From NCBI GenBank assembly GCA_965223845.1, contig CBDCXR010000004.1:5984001-6048000 (forward strand): a stretch of 64,000 nt of DNA. Reading direction: 5' to 3'. Made by a program: the position numbers and the translations under genes. Below the pieces are notes generated by a model that saw nothing but the letters and a program-made list of their open reading frames with translations, searched no databases and was not told the DNA's origin. This stretch comes from Planctomycetota bacterium. Its GTDB lineage: Bacteria; Planctomycetota; UBA8108; SXIK01. Shown here piece after piece: positions 19,301-28,170 of this stretch. Each line of letters begins with the position of its first letter. Positions within the stretch are counted from its first letter, which is position 1.

Positions 19301-22300
19301 GCGCAGCGAAAACCCTTCGTGCCGCTCGACCGTCTGCCGGATCGCGTCGCGAAGGGCGTCGACGTCGAGCTTGCCCCGCAGCTTGAGCGTAAACGACTCG
19401 TTGTACGCGCAGGAGGCGTCGTCCCCCATTTGCGATGCGAACCAGATCTCGCGCTGCCCGTCCGTGAGAGGAAACGATCCGACGGGAACGTCGACGACGA
19501 GCTCGCTCTCCGGAAGAAATCCACCGGCTTGCATCTCGAGCACGCTCTCCTCGATCGCCGCTTGCACGCGCGCAATCTCCTCGCTCGTGTGCTGCGTCGA
19601 GAAGAAGCAGTTCTGCCCGATCTCGCGGATGTAGATCCCGCGCTCGATCAGGTGGTAGACGAGGATCGGGCCGATCGGGAGGTCGCTCGGAAGGTCGAAG
19701 CGGAACCACGAGCTGAACTGACGGATGCGAATTGGTACGCGTCGCGACTCGAAGAAGAGATTGAGCTCGCGCGCGAAGCGTGTCGTGCGCGCATTCACGC
19801 CCTCCTGGAGCTTCGGACCTTCGGTTTCGAGGTGCTCGAGCACCGCGCCCGCGGCCGCGAGGGCGAGCGGATGGCGGACGAACGTCCCGGCGAAGAACGT
19901 CATGTCGGCCTCCGGCGCGGAGTCGTCGCCGTAGTTCCACATGCCGCCGTCGAGCGCATCCATGTATTTCGCGCTCCCGGCGACGACTCCGATCGGGAGC
20001 CCGCCGCCGATCACCTTCCCGTAGGTTGCGAGGTCGCCGCGGATGCCGAAGAGAGCCTGCGCGCCGCCGGGGTGCACGCGGAATCCGGTGATGACCTCGT
20101 CGAAGATCATCGCCGTTCCACTCTCTTCGGTGAGCTGACGCACCGCGCGGAGGAACTCAACCGGACGGTTCTCCGGGTGGCGACTCTGAATCGGCTCCAC
20201 CAGCACCGCCGCCAGCTCGCCCGCGTGCGCTCGGAGCACCTCGAGACTTTCCGGCGCCCCGTAGTCGAGGATCATCGCCGCGTTCACCGCTTGCTGCACG
20301 ATTCCCGGTGCCGCGGGCAGGGTCTGAAGGTTCCCACGCACCACCTGTGAGCGACCGAGCACTTCGTCGAAGACGCCGTGGTAGTCACCGGCGAAGTACG
20401 CGATGCGATCGCGTCCCGTCACCGTTCGCGCCATGCGAAGAGCCGCGGTGACGGCTTCCGAGCCGGTATTGCAGAACGACACTCGCTCCATCCCGGTGAG
20501 CCGCGCGAGGCGCTCGGCGACCGGCCCGGCGAGCTCGTGCTGCGGTCCGATCTCCATCCCTCGCTCGAGCTGTGCGCGAATCGCCGCCTCGACGTAATCG
20601 GGCGAGTGCCCGAGGTAGTTGACGCCGAATCCCATGGTGATGTCGATGTACTCGTTGCCATCGACGTCCCAGAGGCGCGAACCCTTCGAGCGCTCGGTGA
20701 CGATCTGGTAGACGAGCTCCTTCCACGCGCCGCGGAAGCCCGCGACCGATCGCGGATCGGACTGAACGGGCCGATAGCGCGCGGCGGCGGCTTTCGATCC
20801 GGCGGTCTTTTCGCTGACGCGATGGACGAGCGCGTCGAGATGCTGCTGTTGGCGCGAAGTGAGTCCGCCGTCGGCACCGCGCGCGACCGGCGCGTAGGGG
20901 CCGAAGCGTCCCTTCGTCGACTCGGTGTCGCCTCGCGCGCCGAGCTTCGCCTGCGCGACGGGGCGCCGGAGATCCTCGGGCTCGAGATCGCCCGTCGAGC
21001 GAGCGCTTTGCGCGCGCAGACCGGCAAGTTCCGACTGGATCGTCTGGAGCTGTGCCGCGATGCGATCGACGGGATCGCCCCCCTCGCTCGGCGCGATCGG
21101 GGGAGCGGCGGCCGGAGGCGCGCTCGACGCCGCCGGTGCGGGCGTCGTGGCAACCGGGGCCGGCGCCGCGAACGCGTCTGCGGGGAGGCGTTCGTCGTAG
21201 TATTCGGCGAGCGCTTCGATCGACGTCACGTCTTCGAGAAGCTGGCGGAACTTGATTCGCTCGCCGAGCTGCTGACCGAGCTCGGCGCTCGCCTGCGTGA
21301 GGAAGAGCGAATCGAGTCCCATTTCGAGGAACGTCGTCTCGCGATCGTCCTCGCCGATCTCGATGCCGGAGAGGTCGTAGAAGATCTCGCGGATGCGACT
21401 CGCGATCCGGTCCTTTCGGCTGCCGGGATCCTCCGCTTCGGTCGGAGCGGCGGCGGGAGGGACCGCGGCGTCCGCGGTGAGCTCAGAGCTCGAAACCGCG
21501 GTGACGCCCGAGGGGGTAGCGCGCGTCGGGTCCCCGAGCGGGGGCGGGTCGATCCAGTGCCGTTCGCGGGCGAACGCGTAGCCGGGAAGCTCGACGCGGC
21601 GGCGCCCTTCTTCGGCGTAGAACTTCTCCCAATCGACTGCGACGCCGTTCGTCCACAAGCGACCGACCGCGTCGAGGATCGATGCGAGTGCGTCGCCGGC
21701 ATCCTTCGGATGCGCACACGACGAAACGACGCTCGGACGTCTGCCGTCGAACGAGTGCTGGAGCGCGGAGTTGGACAGCGTGCGCGAAGGTCCGACCTCG
21801 AGAAACACGCGACCCTCCTCGCGTGCGACCTCGGACAGCGCGGCGCTGAAGCGCACCGGACGGCGGAGTTGCTGTGCCCAGTAGCTCGGATCGGTCGCCT
21901 CGGAGTCGGTGAGCCACCTTCCGGTGAGCGTCGAGAGAATGGGGCGCGAGGGCGCACGCCGCTCGACGCCGGCGACGATGGCGGTGAACGGCGCGACGAC
22001 CGGCTCCATCATCTCCGAGTGGAACGCGTGCGACGTGTGGAGCGGGATCGTCTCGAGCTTGTCGGCGCTCAAGCGTTTCTCGAACGCCTGAATCGCCTCC
22101 GGCGAGCCGCTCACGATCGAGACCTGCGGCGCGTTCGCGGCGGCGAGCGCAACGCCGTCACCGAGATAAGGCGCAACATCCTCTTCGCTGAGCCGAACGG
22201 CGCGCATGTGACCCGCGGGCATCGACTGCATGAGGCGCGCGCGCTCGGCGAGAACGCGGAGGGCGTCGTCGAACGTGAACACTCCGGCGAGGCACGCCGC

Positions 22301-24226
22301 GGTGTACTCGCCGACACTGTGACCGATCATCACCTCCGGCGTGAATCCCCAGCTTTCCCACAGCTCTGCGAGTGCGTATTCGATGACGAAGAGGGCCGGC
22401 TGCGTGACGCTCGTCTGCGTGAGAGTCTTCGCGGCGCTCTTTCGCTCGTCTTCGCTTCCCGTCGGGTAGAGCACGCTCCGGAGATCGAGATCGAGGATCG
22501 GCCGGAGTCCCTCACAGCCGCGATCGACTGCGTCGCGGAAGACGCGCTCCGACTCGTAGAGCGCGCGACACATATCCACGTGCTGCGCGCCTTGTCCCGG
22601 GAAGAGGTAGACGAGCGAACGATCGCCGTCGGGCGCGGTCTGCTTGACGCGGCGACTCTTCTCCCGCAGCGCCGCGTGCGCGTCGGCGGCGTCCGCCGCG
22701 ACTACGAATAGACGCTCGGAGAATTCTTCGCGGCCGACGGCGAGCGTGTACGCCGCGTCGGGAAGTTCGGGGGCGCCGTCGCGACCGAACGCCTCGGCGA
22801 GCTCTGCGGCACTTCGTTCGAGCGCCTCCGTCGTTTTCGCCGAGAGCGGAACGAGCTCGAGCCGCCGGGCCGAGAGCGCCGGACGCGGTGCCGGCGCTTC
22901 CTCGAGTACGACGTGGACATTGGTTCCCCCGACGCCGAACGAGCTCACTCCCGCGCGGCGAGGAACTCCCTCGGGCGGAGTCCAAGCGCGGTGCTTCTCG
23001 ACCGGATAGAACGGGCTCGACGCGAAGTCGATCTCGGGGTTCGGCGCGGTGTAGTGGAGCGTTGCGGGGATCTCTCCGTGCTGGAGTGCGAGCACGGTCT
23101 TGATGAGGCCCGCGACGCCGGCGGCCGCATCGAGGTGGCCGATGTTGCTCTTCACCGAGCCGAGCCCGCAGTACTGCTCTCGATCCGTTTTCGCACGGAA
23201 CGCCTTCGTGAGGCCCGCGACTTCGATGGGATCGCCGAGCGGAGTCGCCGTACCGTGGCCTTCGACGTAGGTGATCGTCTCGGGGTCGACGCCCGCGACG
23301 CTCTGCGCGAGGGCGATCACCTCCGCCTGACCATCGACCGACGGGGCCGGGTAGCTCACCTTGAGCGCGCCGTCGTTGTTCGTGCCCCAGCCGCGGATCA
23401 CCGCGAGGATGCGATCGCCGCTCGCGATCGCGTCTTCTAGCCGGCGGAGGACGACGACTCCGACGCCGCTCGAAAAGACGGTCCCGCACGCGTTCTCATC
23501 GAAGGGGCGACAGTGCCCGTCGGGCGAGAGCATGCCGCCTTCCTGAGAGATGTATCCCTTCTCCTGCGGAAAGGAGATGCAAACGCCTCCGGCGAGGCAG
23601 AGATCGCACTCGAAGTTGACGAGGCTGCTGCAGCCCATCGCGACCGCGACGAGCGACGTCGAGCACGCGGTCTGGACGTTGACCGACGGACCCTTCAGGT
23701 TGAACTTGAAGCTCGTCCGTGTCGGCAGGTAGTCCTTGTCGTTGCTGATGATGTTTTGGAACGCGTCGACCGACCGAAACCGCACCAGTCGTTCGATGTA
23801 CTCGCGATCCCGGCACAGGTTGTAGAGGAGGTACGAGTTGATGTAGCTCCCGGCGTACACGCCGATCGAGCCCCGGAACTTGCTCGGCGCGTGACCGGCG
23901 TTCTCGAGCGCGTGCCACGCGGTCTCGAGCCACACGCGCTGCTGGGGGTCGAGCACCGCGGCTTCCCGCGGGCTGAAGCCGAAGAATCCGGCGTCGAACT
24001 TGTCGACGTCCGCGAGGATCCCGCGCGCCCGTACGTAGCTCGGATCGTTCTGGATGCGTTCGAAGTCGAGCTCCACACCGCGGAGCTGGTCGTCGGAGAG
24101 ACGGTGGAGGCTCTCCCTGCCGGCAGCGAGGTTCTGCCAGAACTCGGCGATATTCCGAGCGTCTGGGAACCGCCCCGCCATGCCGACGATGGCGACCCCT
24201 TCGAGGTCTTGCGCGCCTGTCTGCAT
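16322..24226 (-). CDS. Hybrid PKS-NRPS: KS - AT (malonyl) - ACP - class III aminotransferase - C - A (Gly-like code) - T
   Basis: KS VQTACSTS/EGHGTAT/GHLDAAAG; AT GHSVGE and HAFHS; ACP MGLDSL; AMT CNTGSEA, FDEVITGFR, TYGKVIGGG; C HHIVFDGWS; A core motifs; T FFDLGGHSL. 4-bp overlap with the downstream NRPS. Confidence 0.95.
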   Translation of the reverse strand: MQTGAQDLEGVAIVGMAGRFPDARNIAEFWQNLAAGRESLHRLSDDQLRGVELDFERIQNDPSYVRARGILADVDKFDAGFFGFSPREAAVLDPQQRVWLETAWHALENAGHAPSKFRGSIGVYAGSYINSYLLYNLCRDREYIERLVRFRSVDAFQNIISNDKDYLPTRTSFKFNLKGPSVNVQTACSTSLVAVAMGCSSLVNFECDLCLAGGVCISFPQEKGYISQEGGMLSPDGHCRPFDENACGTVFSSGVGVVVLRRLEDAIASGDRILAVIRGWGTNNDGALKVSYPAPSVDGQAEVIALAQSVAGVDPETITYVEGHGTATPLGDPIEVAGLTKAFRAKTDREQYCGLGSVKSNIGHLDAAAGVAGLIKTVLALQHGEIPATLHYTAPNPEIDFASSPFYPVEKHRAWTPPEGVPRRAGVSSFGVGGTNVHVVLEEAPAPRPALSARRLELVPLSAKTTEALERSAAELAEAFGRDGAPELPDAAYTLAVGREEFSERLFVVAADAADAHAALREKSRRVKQTAPDGDRSLVYLFPGQGAQHVDMCRALYESERVFRDAVDRGCEGLRPILDLDLRSVLYPTGSEDERKSAAKTLTQTSVTQPALFVIEYALAELWESWGFTPEVMIGHSVGEYTAACLAGVFTFDDALRVLAERARLMQSMPAGHMRAVRLSEEDVAPYLGDGVALAAANAPQVSIVSGSPEAIQAFEKRLSADKLETIPLHTSHAFHSEMMEPVVAPFTAIVAGVERRAPSRPILSTLTGRWLTDSEATDPSYWAQQLRRPVRFSAALSEVAREEGRVFLEVGPSRTLSNSALQHSFDGRRPSVVSSCAHPKDAGDALASILDAVGRLWTNGVAVDWEKFYAEEGRRRVELPGYAFARERHWIDPPPLGDPTRATPSGVTAVSSSELTADAAVPPAAAPTEAEDPGSRKDRIASRIREIFYDLSGIEIGEDDRETTFLEMGLDSLFLTQASAELGQQLGERIKFRQLLEDVTSIEALAEYYDERLPADAFAAPAPVATTPAPAASSAPPAAAPPIAPSEGGDPVDRIAAQLQTIQSELAGLRAQSARSTGDLEPEDLRRPVAQAKLGARGDTESTKGRFGPYAPVARGADGGLTSRQQQHLDALVHRVSEKTAGSKAAAARYRPVQSDPRSVAGFRGAWKELVYQIVTERSKGSRLWDVDGNEYIDITMGFGVNYLGHSPDYVEAAIRAQLERGMEIGPQHELAGPVAERLARLTGMERVSFCNTGSEAVTAALRMARTVTGRDRIAYFAGDYHGVFDEVLGRSQVVRGNLQTLPAAPGIVQQAVNAAMILDYGAPESLEVLRAHAGELAAVLVEPIQSRHPENRPVEFLRAVRQLTEESGTAMIFDEVITGFRVHPGGAQALFGIRGDLATYGKVIGGGLPIGVVAGSAKYMDALDGGMWNYGDDSAPEADMTFFAGTFVRHPLALAAAGAVLEHLETEGPKLQEGVNARTTRFARELNLFFESRRVPIRIRQFSSWFRFDLPSDLPIGPILVYHLIERGIYIREIGQNCFFSTQHTSEEIARVQAAIEESVLEMQAGGFLPESELVVDVPVGSFPLTDGQREIWFASQMGDDASCAYNESFTLKLRGKLDVDALRDAIRQTVERHEGFSLRFSSDGPSQRLVLSETPEWEWTDLSGCSRSKKKEELRRIYDHEGRTPFDLEAGPLLRLHVVKLDATTHHLIGTSHHIVFDGWSAGVFVDEVSVLYSSSVENRPALLPDAGSFLRYAIEEEERRASEAGDEIIRFWKNEFASVPPPLDLPTDRIRPRVRTNGGSSIHHQFDQDVYESFKAFAGERGVTLFAALLATYGALLHRLTGQDDLVVGIPTAGQALAGEQNMIGHCVNLVPVRMKFPRGATFATLLDEVQSKVLDMYENQDVAFGRLLEEIAVKRDPSRLPLIEVIFNVDRDVPGSGFSGLSASIHENPKGAAHFDMFVNLNEGQGSLTVDLDFNTDLYDEATIRRWLSHFECLLESAVRTPETEVRRLPVLTADQRDHLETELNRTTAEFPDGCLQRVIAEQATKTPNATAVVFGESSWTYRELNAEANRLARYLRSIGVGAEDLIGVHLERGPDLVIALLAIHKAGGAYVPLDPDFPAARIEFMLEDSRASVVLSHSSIAADLPKGSARVVCLDLEANVIGDADASDLEPTTGPEHLAYVIYTSGSTGKPKGVQITHRSLVNFLASMAREPGLRPIDGLAAVTTISFDIAALELFLPLFVGAKCILVPSETAADGAELLRLIRTTGATVLQATPVTWRLLIEAGWTREVPLKVLCGGERLPEDLARQFGERSEEVWNMYGPTETTVWSSCHRVHPSDDRVLVGRPIANTELFVLDDARELLPVGAVGELYIGGTGLARGYLGRDELTSEKFVEHPFRDGDRLYRTGDLARVTSSGAIECLRRVDDQVKVRGFRIELGEVESALAAFGGVAEAVASVWEGESGDHRLVAYVRWEHDSLDLGELRAFVRARLPEYMVPQHFVELDEVPRTPNGKVDRRALPPPDGASIIVETYAPAAGEVESYLAQLWSETLRLERVSVRADFFDLGGHSLVAARMLAKAREEFHVDLQLRGFFVDPTIRGLAEYIEAQRYVGASAGGTADDGREDIEI

Positions 24227-24439
24227 AGATACTAGCTCGTGCCCGGCGTTTCGCGTCGAAGCGGCGGCCGCCGATACGACGAAAAAACGCTGATCTTCCG
24301 TTGACGACCCGCGAAGCGGGAAGGTGCTGTGACATCCCCGGGGGACGCGTCACCGCCGAGATGTAACGCACGATTCGGATTCGCCGAGCGCGCGCCCATC
24401 GTTACGGAAGTTCGGTTCCTGGTTAGGGTATGCCGCCAA

Positions 24440-24469
24440 AGTATAGCTGCCGCGCCGTCACGGGAGCAA
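24440..24469 (-). promoter_or_regulatory. Candidate sigma70-type promoter for the PKS-NRPS operon
   Basis: Minus strand TTGCTC-N18-TATACT, about 210 bp upstream of the ATG at 24226, in a GC-rich background where such a -10 hexamer is rare. Confidence 0.4.
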
Positions 24470-25079
24470 ACCGGCGCGCGCTGAGGTCGTTCGGTGATGC
24501 CGGAGCGTCCGAGAACGCGCTCAGATCGTCCGAAAAGCGGAGCTCTCGCCGGCGTACTCGGACGCTTCGCGCGGGAGCGAGGCGAGCCGACGGGCTCGCG
24601 AGCGTGGCACCAATCGCATGGGCCATGCGCCGGCGCAGACCACCAGAGTGCGGTCGATGCGTCGAAACATCGAACGTGCGCGCGCGACGAGACGGATATC
24701 GCCACCAACTGTCTTCGGCCCCTGCGTTGCGTTACCCCTGGTTCCTTCGTCCCGGCTCGCGCCGAAGCCACGTCGCGAACGAACACTCGAAACGAGGGCC
24801 CGCGATCGCCGCACCCGGCGAAGCCGTTCCGACGGCAAGAGCCCGGAGCGCTGCCGGCGTCGCATCCTGCAGCACAGTCGAACTGTCCTGCGGCTGCCGA
24901 ACCGAGTCCACCGACTGCCCGATCTGTCACGTCCCGTCACAGATCGGTGCCGGAAGAAACATCCACCGTCCGAACCCAAACTTCGCGAGGCATTGTACTG
25001 AGCGCCCCGGAGCGATGAAAGACGCCGGCGAACTCGCTCTCTACGATCGAGGGCGATTTTTTTGTTGCGAAGTCGCGTT

Positions 25080-26261
25080 CTACTGCCGCCGGTCGATGAA
25101 CGCCGGCAGCGCACTCGCCGCATCGGGATGGTACTCGCCGGCACGGAAACCGAGGAGCTCGAGCACCGTCGCGGCGACGCTGCTCAGGTAGACCGTCGGC
25201 GCGCGTTTCGCCTCACCGATGTCCGGCGTGTCGGGACCGATCACGGCGATCCAGATGTCTTCGGCGCCGTCGACGCGCTCGCCGTGATCGGTCCAGTCGG
25301 CGCCGGTCCGGCCGCGGCCGTGGTCGGTGGTGATGATGAGCGTCGTCTGATCCCGGTACGCGTCGAGGCTCTGAAGGAGCGTCCACAGGTCGCGCAGGGT
25401 GTCGTCGAAGATCTTCGCCGCCAAGAGCACCCGATCGTAGCGCCGCTGATGCGCCCAGTCGTCGGTCTCGCCGAGCGCGAGGTAGAGAAACCGCGGCTGG
25501 TACCGCCGGATGTACCCGAGCGCGAGGCCGGCCGTCACCGTGTCGTGCCGGACGGTGTCCCACGGCGTCATCATCGTGAACTGAATCTCGTTCAGCCGCG
25601 CCATCTCGGGATCGCAGTATGCGGGCTCCAATCGTTCGTAGCCGGCGTTCGAGAGGATCCCCTCCTCGCGCGAGGTCACGATGTAGTCGAAGACATCCCA
25701 CGAGGCGAAGGACGCGACCCCGTTCGCGCCGATGCGATCCGCGACGTAGTCGAGGATGGTCGGCACGCGGATCCGCACGCGGTCGTTGCTCGTGACGTCG
25801 GGCTGAGGTCGTCCGGTGAGAAGCTCGGCGTAGCCGGGAAAAGAGAAGCGGAGCGGGTTGCGGAGGAGCGCCTGGCTCCCGAGCTCTCGATTGCCGAACA
25901 CCGCGCCTTGGGGCGCGAGGAACGACCAGAAGAAGGGGAGGAGGGCGCGGCGCCGAGCATGCGGCGTCGAACGCCAGTAGCGCTCGCGAATCGCGGCTTC
26001 GCTCTCGATCCCCGACGCGTCCTTGTTCGCGAGAAGAAGCGGATCGACGCCACGAAAAAGCTCGTCTGCGCGGAGGCCGTCGACGGTGATGAGGATGACG
26101 TTCTTCGTCGCGAGAGCGGCGGGACGCGCCGCGGCGGGCTCCGCGCGCGCGGGATTGCTGCGAGCGCCGATGAGGACGAGCGCGAGTGAGACGAGGAGCA
26201 TGGCGCCGAGCCCGCGCCGAACTTCATTCGTCGCGAAGAGCGCCGTTCGTAGATGGGTCAT
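25080..26261 (-). CDS. Alkaline-phosphatase superfamily protein (phosphodiesterase/phosphoglyceromutase-like), probably exported
   Basis: Metal/nucleophile motifs ITVDGLR, FSFPGY, ETDDWAH, TTDHGRG, DHG; hydrophobic signal segment. Start codon uncertain (26261 chosen; ORF track gives 26318). Confidence 0.8.
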   Translation of the reverse strand: MTHLRTALFATNEVRRGLGAMLLVSLALVLIGARSNPARAEPAAARPAALATKNVILITVDGLRADELFRGVDPLLLANKDASGIESEAAIRERYWRSTPHARRRALLPFFWSFLAPQGAVFGNRELGSQALLRNPLRFSFPGYAELLTGRPQPDVTSNDRVRIRVPTILDYVADRIGANGVASFASWDVFDYIVTSREEGILSNAGYERLEPAYCDPEMARLNEIQFTMMTPWDTVRHDTVTAGLALGYIRRYQPRFLYLALGETDDWAHQRRYDRVLLAAKIFDDTLRDLWTLLQSLDAYRDQTTLIITTDHGRGRTGADWTDHGERVDGAEDIWIAVIGPDTPDIGEAKRAPTVYLSSVAATVLELLGFRAGEYHPDAASALPAFIDRRQ

Positions 26262-26338
26262 GTTCGGTTTCGCGTTTTTCGCTACACGTGCAGCCCGTCG
26301 AGTTCCGATCGCCAACATTCCGTCGAGCTTCGGGTTGG

Positions 26339-27175
26339 TCAGCGGGCCCAGAGGAGTGGGTAGACCTTCTTTACGGAGCGGCGGTCGAGGACGACAACTG
26401 CTCTCGCCGTAAATACGCCGAGCGGATCACGCTTTCCGTCTCCCGCGCGTTTCTCTGCGACGCTCGGCGGCAGCTCGGAGAGATCCTCGAGCTCGTTCGC
26501 TCGCACCTCGATGTAGCTGCGGCTTCGCAGCTTCTTCCGCTCGATCTCGAGACGATGGAGCACGGGCGCTCCTTTCTCGAGGGTGACGCGATGGTCGGTG
26601 CGATCGAACTTGACGAGAAGGCCTCCACCCGCCTTCACGGCGGTCCCGTCACACCACTTGTGTCCGGGGAGCTTCGTATGCTTCGACTTCGGGTTTCGCA
26701 CGCTGTGATCGTCGATAAAACCCGTGAGGACGACGTGCGCGTTTTGGATTTGCGCGTCCTTCCGTCCGCGCCCTTGTCCTCGTCGATCGGGCACGTCGCG
26801 CACGATCGGACGGCCGAAGATCATGACGCGCGACGAATCCTCGATCTTCTCGACGGGGATGCGAACGTCCGCCGTGAGCTCGGTCTCGTCCGTGACTCGG
26901 AGGTAGGCCTTCACCTTCTTCCGCCTGCCCTTCTTGTCCTTGACGTGGTGGGTGAACTCGAAGAAATCGGTTCCCTTGACCGCTTTGCCGAGCTGTCCCC
27001 ACGTGTCGAGGTCGAACTTCCGCGTGGGAATCTCGTCGCGGTCGGCGCGCCGACCGCGTCGCTTTCGTCGCTCGGTGTCTTGCCCGATCGAGTCGACCGC
27101 TACCACGGCCACGAGTACCATGGCGAGTGCGATCACGCGCCGTGCGTTCCGCTGGGTGAGCGCTCTATCGAACAT
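26339..27175 (-). CDS. Hypothetical exported, very basic beta-rich protein
   Basis: AGGAG RBS before ATG at 27175 (MFDRALTQ), signal-like VIALAMVLVAVVA, codon usage consistent with coding DNA; no family recognised. Confidence 0.7.
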   Translation of the reverse strand: MFDRALTQRNARRVIALAMVLVAVVAVDSIGQDTERRKRRGRRADRDEIPTRKFDLDTWGQLGKAVKGTDFFEFTHHVKDKKGRRKKVKAYLRVTDETELTADVRIPVEKIEDSSRVMIFGRPIVRDVPDRRGQGRGRKDAQIQNAHVVLTGFIDDHSVRNPKSKHTKLPGHKWCDGTAVKAGGGLLVKFDRTDHRVTLEKGAPVLHRLEIERKKLRSRSYIEVRANELEDLSELPPSVAEKRAGDGKRDPLGVFTARAVVVLDRRSVKKVYPLLWAR

Positions 27176-27303
27176 GTCATCGGTCTCCTGCCGTCGCGAT
27201 CGGTGGACGCCGGAGGCGTCGAGCGATGCCCCCCTCGAGTCGAGCTCGAGACACGGTTCGGGGATGGCGGACCATCTTACCCCGAAGAGTCGACGACCCT
27301 CCC

Positions 27304-28170
27304 ATGAATGCCCCGCGCGAACTCGACTCCGCCCTTGCACGCGCGGCGAAACTTCTGCGGGCGGCCTCCTCGCTCGTCGTCGGTGCGGGTGCCGGAATGG
27401 GCGTCGACTCGGGGCTCCCGGATTTTCGCGGGACCGCCGGCTTCTGGCGAGCCTACCCACCCCTCGCGCGGCTCGGGCTCCGCTTCGAGGAATCCGCGAA
27501 TCCCGCGCTGTTCGAGCGGGATGTCCGGCTCGGATGGGGGTTCTACGGCCACCGTCTTCTCCTCTACCGCCGGATCGAGCCCCACGCGGGATTCCGCGCG
27601 ATCCTCGATTGTGCGGGCGCGCTCGACCTTCCTTGGTTCGTCGTGACGTCCAATGTCGACGGTCACTTCGTTCGCGCGGGCTTCGCGCCGGAGAGAGTGT
27701 GCGAAGTACACGGGTCGATCCATCACGCGCAGTGTTTTCGTCCCTGTGGCCGCCGTATCTGGACGAACGAAGCATCGCTCGCGGTCGACGAGGACACGCT
27801 TCGACTGACGGGCGAGATCCCGACTTGCCCCGACTGCGGTGGAATCGCGCGGCCGAACATCCTCATGTTCGGAGACGCTGGGTGGCTCGCCGACCGCACC
27901 GATGAGCAGGCAGAGCGCTACCGCCGCTTCCTCGAGGGGGAGGCTGGGCCACGTCCCCTCTTCCTCGAGATCGGTGCCGGAACTGCCGTGCCGACCATCC
28001 GGTGCGAAGCGCAGCGGATCGCGCGCCTCGGCGGAACGGTGGTTCGCCTCAATCTGCGCGAAGCGGAGATCGCGGCGCCCCACCTCGCCGTCGAGTGCGG
28101 CGCGGAGGCAGCCTTGCTCGCGCTCGGGAGTCTGATTGCGCCCCAAGCGCGCGATCACTCGTCCTCGTAG
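27304..28170 (+). CDS. Sir2-family NAD-dependent deacylase
   Basis: GAGAGMGVDSGLPDFRG, TSNVDGHF, EVHGS, Zn-ribbon C..C/CPDC, RPNILMFGD, EIGAGTAVPTIR. Confidence 0.9.
   Translation: MNAPRELDSALARAAKLLRAASSLVVGAGAGMGVDSGLPDFRGTAGFWRAYPPLARLGLRFEESANPALFERDVRLGWGFYGHRLLLYRRIEPHAGFRAILDCAGALDLPWFVVTSNVDGHFVRAGFAPERVCEVHGSIHHAQCFRPCGRRIWTNEASLAVDEDTLRLTGEIPTCPDCGGIARPNILMFGDAGWLADRTDEQAERYRRFLEGEAGPRPLFLEIGAGTAVPTIRCEAQRIARLGGTVVRLNLREAEIAAPHLAVECGAEAALLALGSLIAPQARDHSSS

Noticed and set aside
20378-22711. 777-aa plus-strand ORF (and similar ones at 14577-16460 and 30787-32817)
   Set aside because: Antisense shadows of the PKS-NRPS and MCP genes.
24232-25191. Several 170-250 aa ORFs upstream of the PKS
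   Set aside because: Mutually overlapping, Arg/Ala/Pro-rich, no motifs; treated as non-coding.
27304-28170. Sirtuin as an anti-phage effector
   Set aside because: It has the Zn-ribbon and full motifs of stand-alone deacylase sirtuins and no defence partner genes; its 16-bp convergent overlap with the YfiR gene looks incidental.
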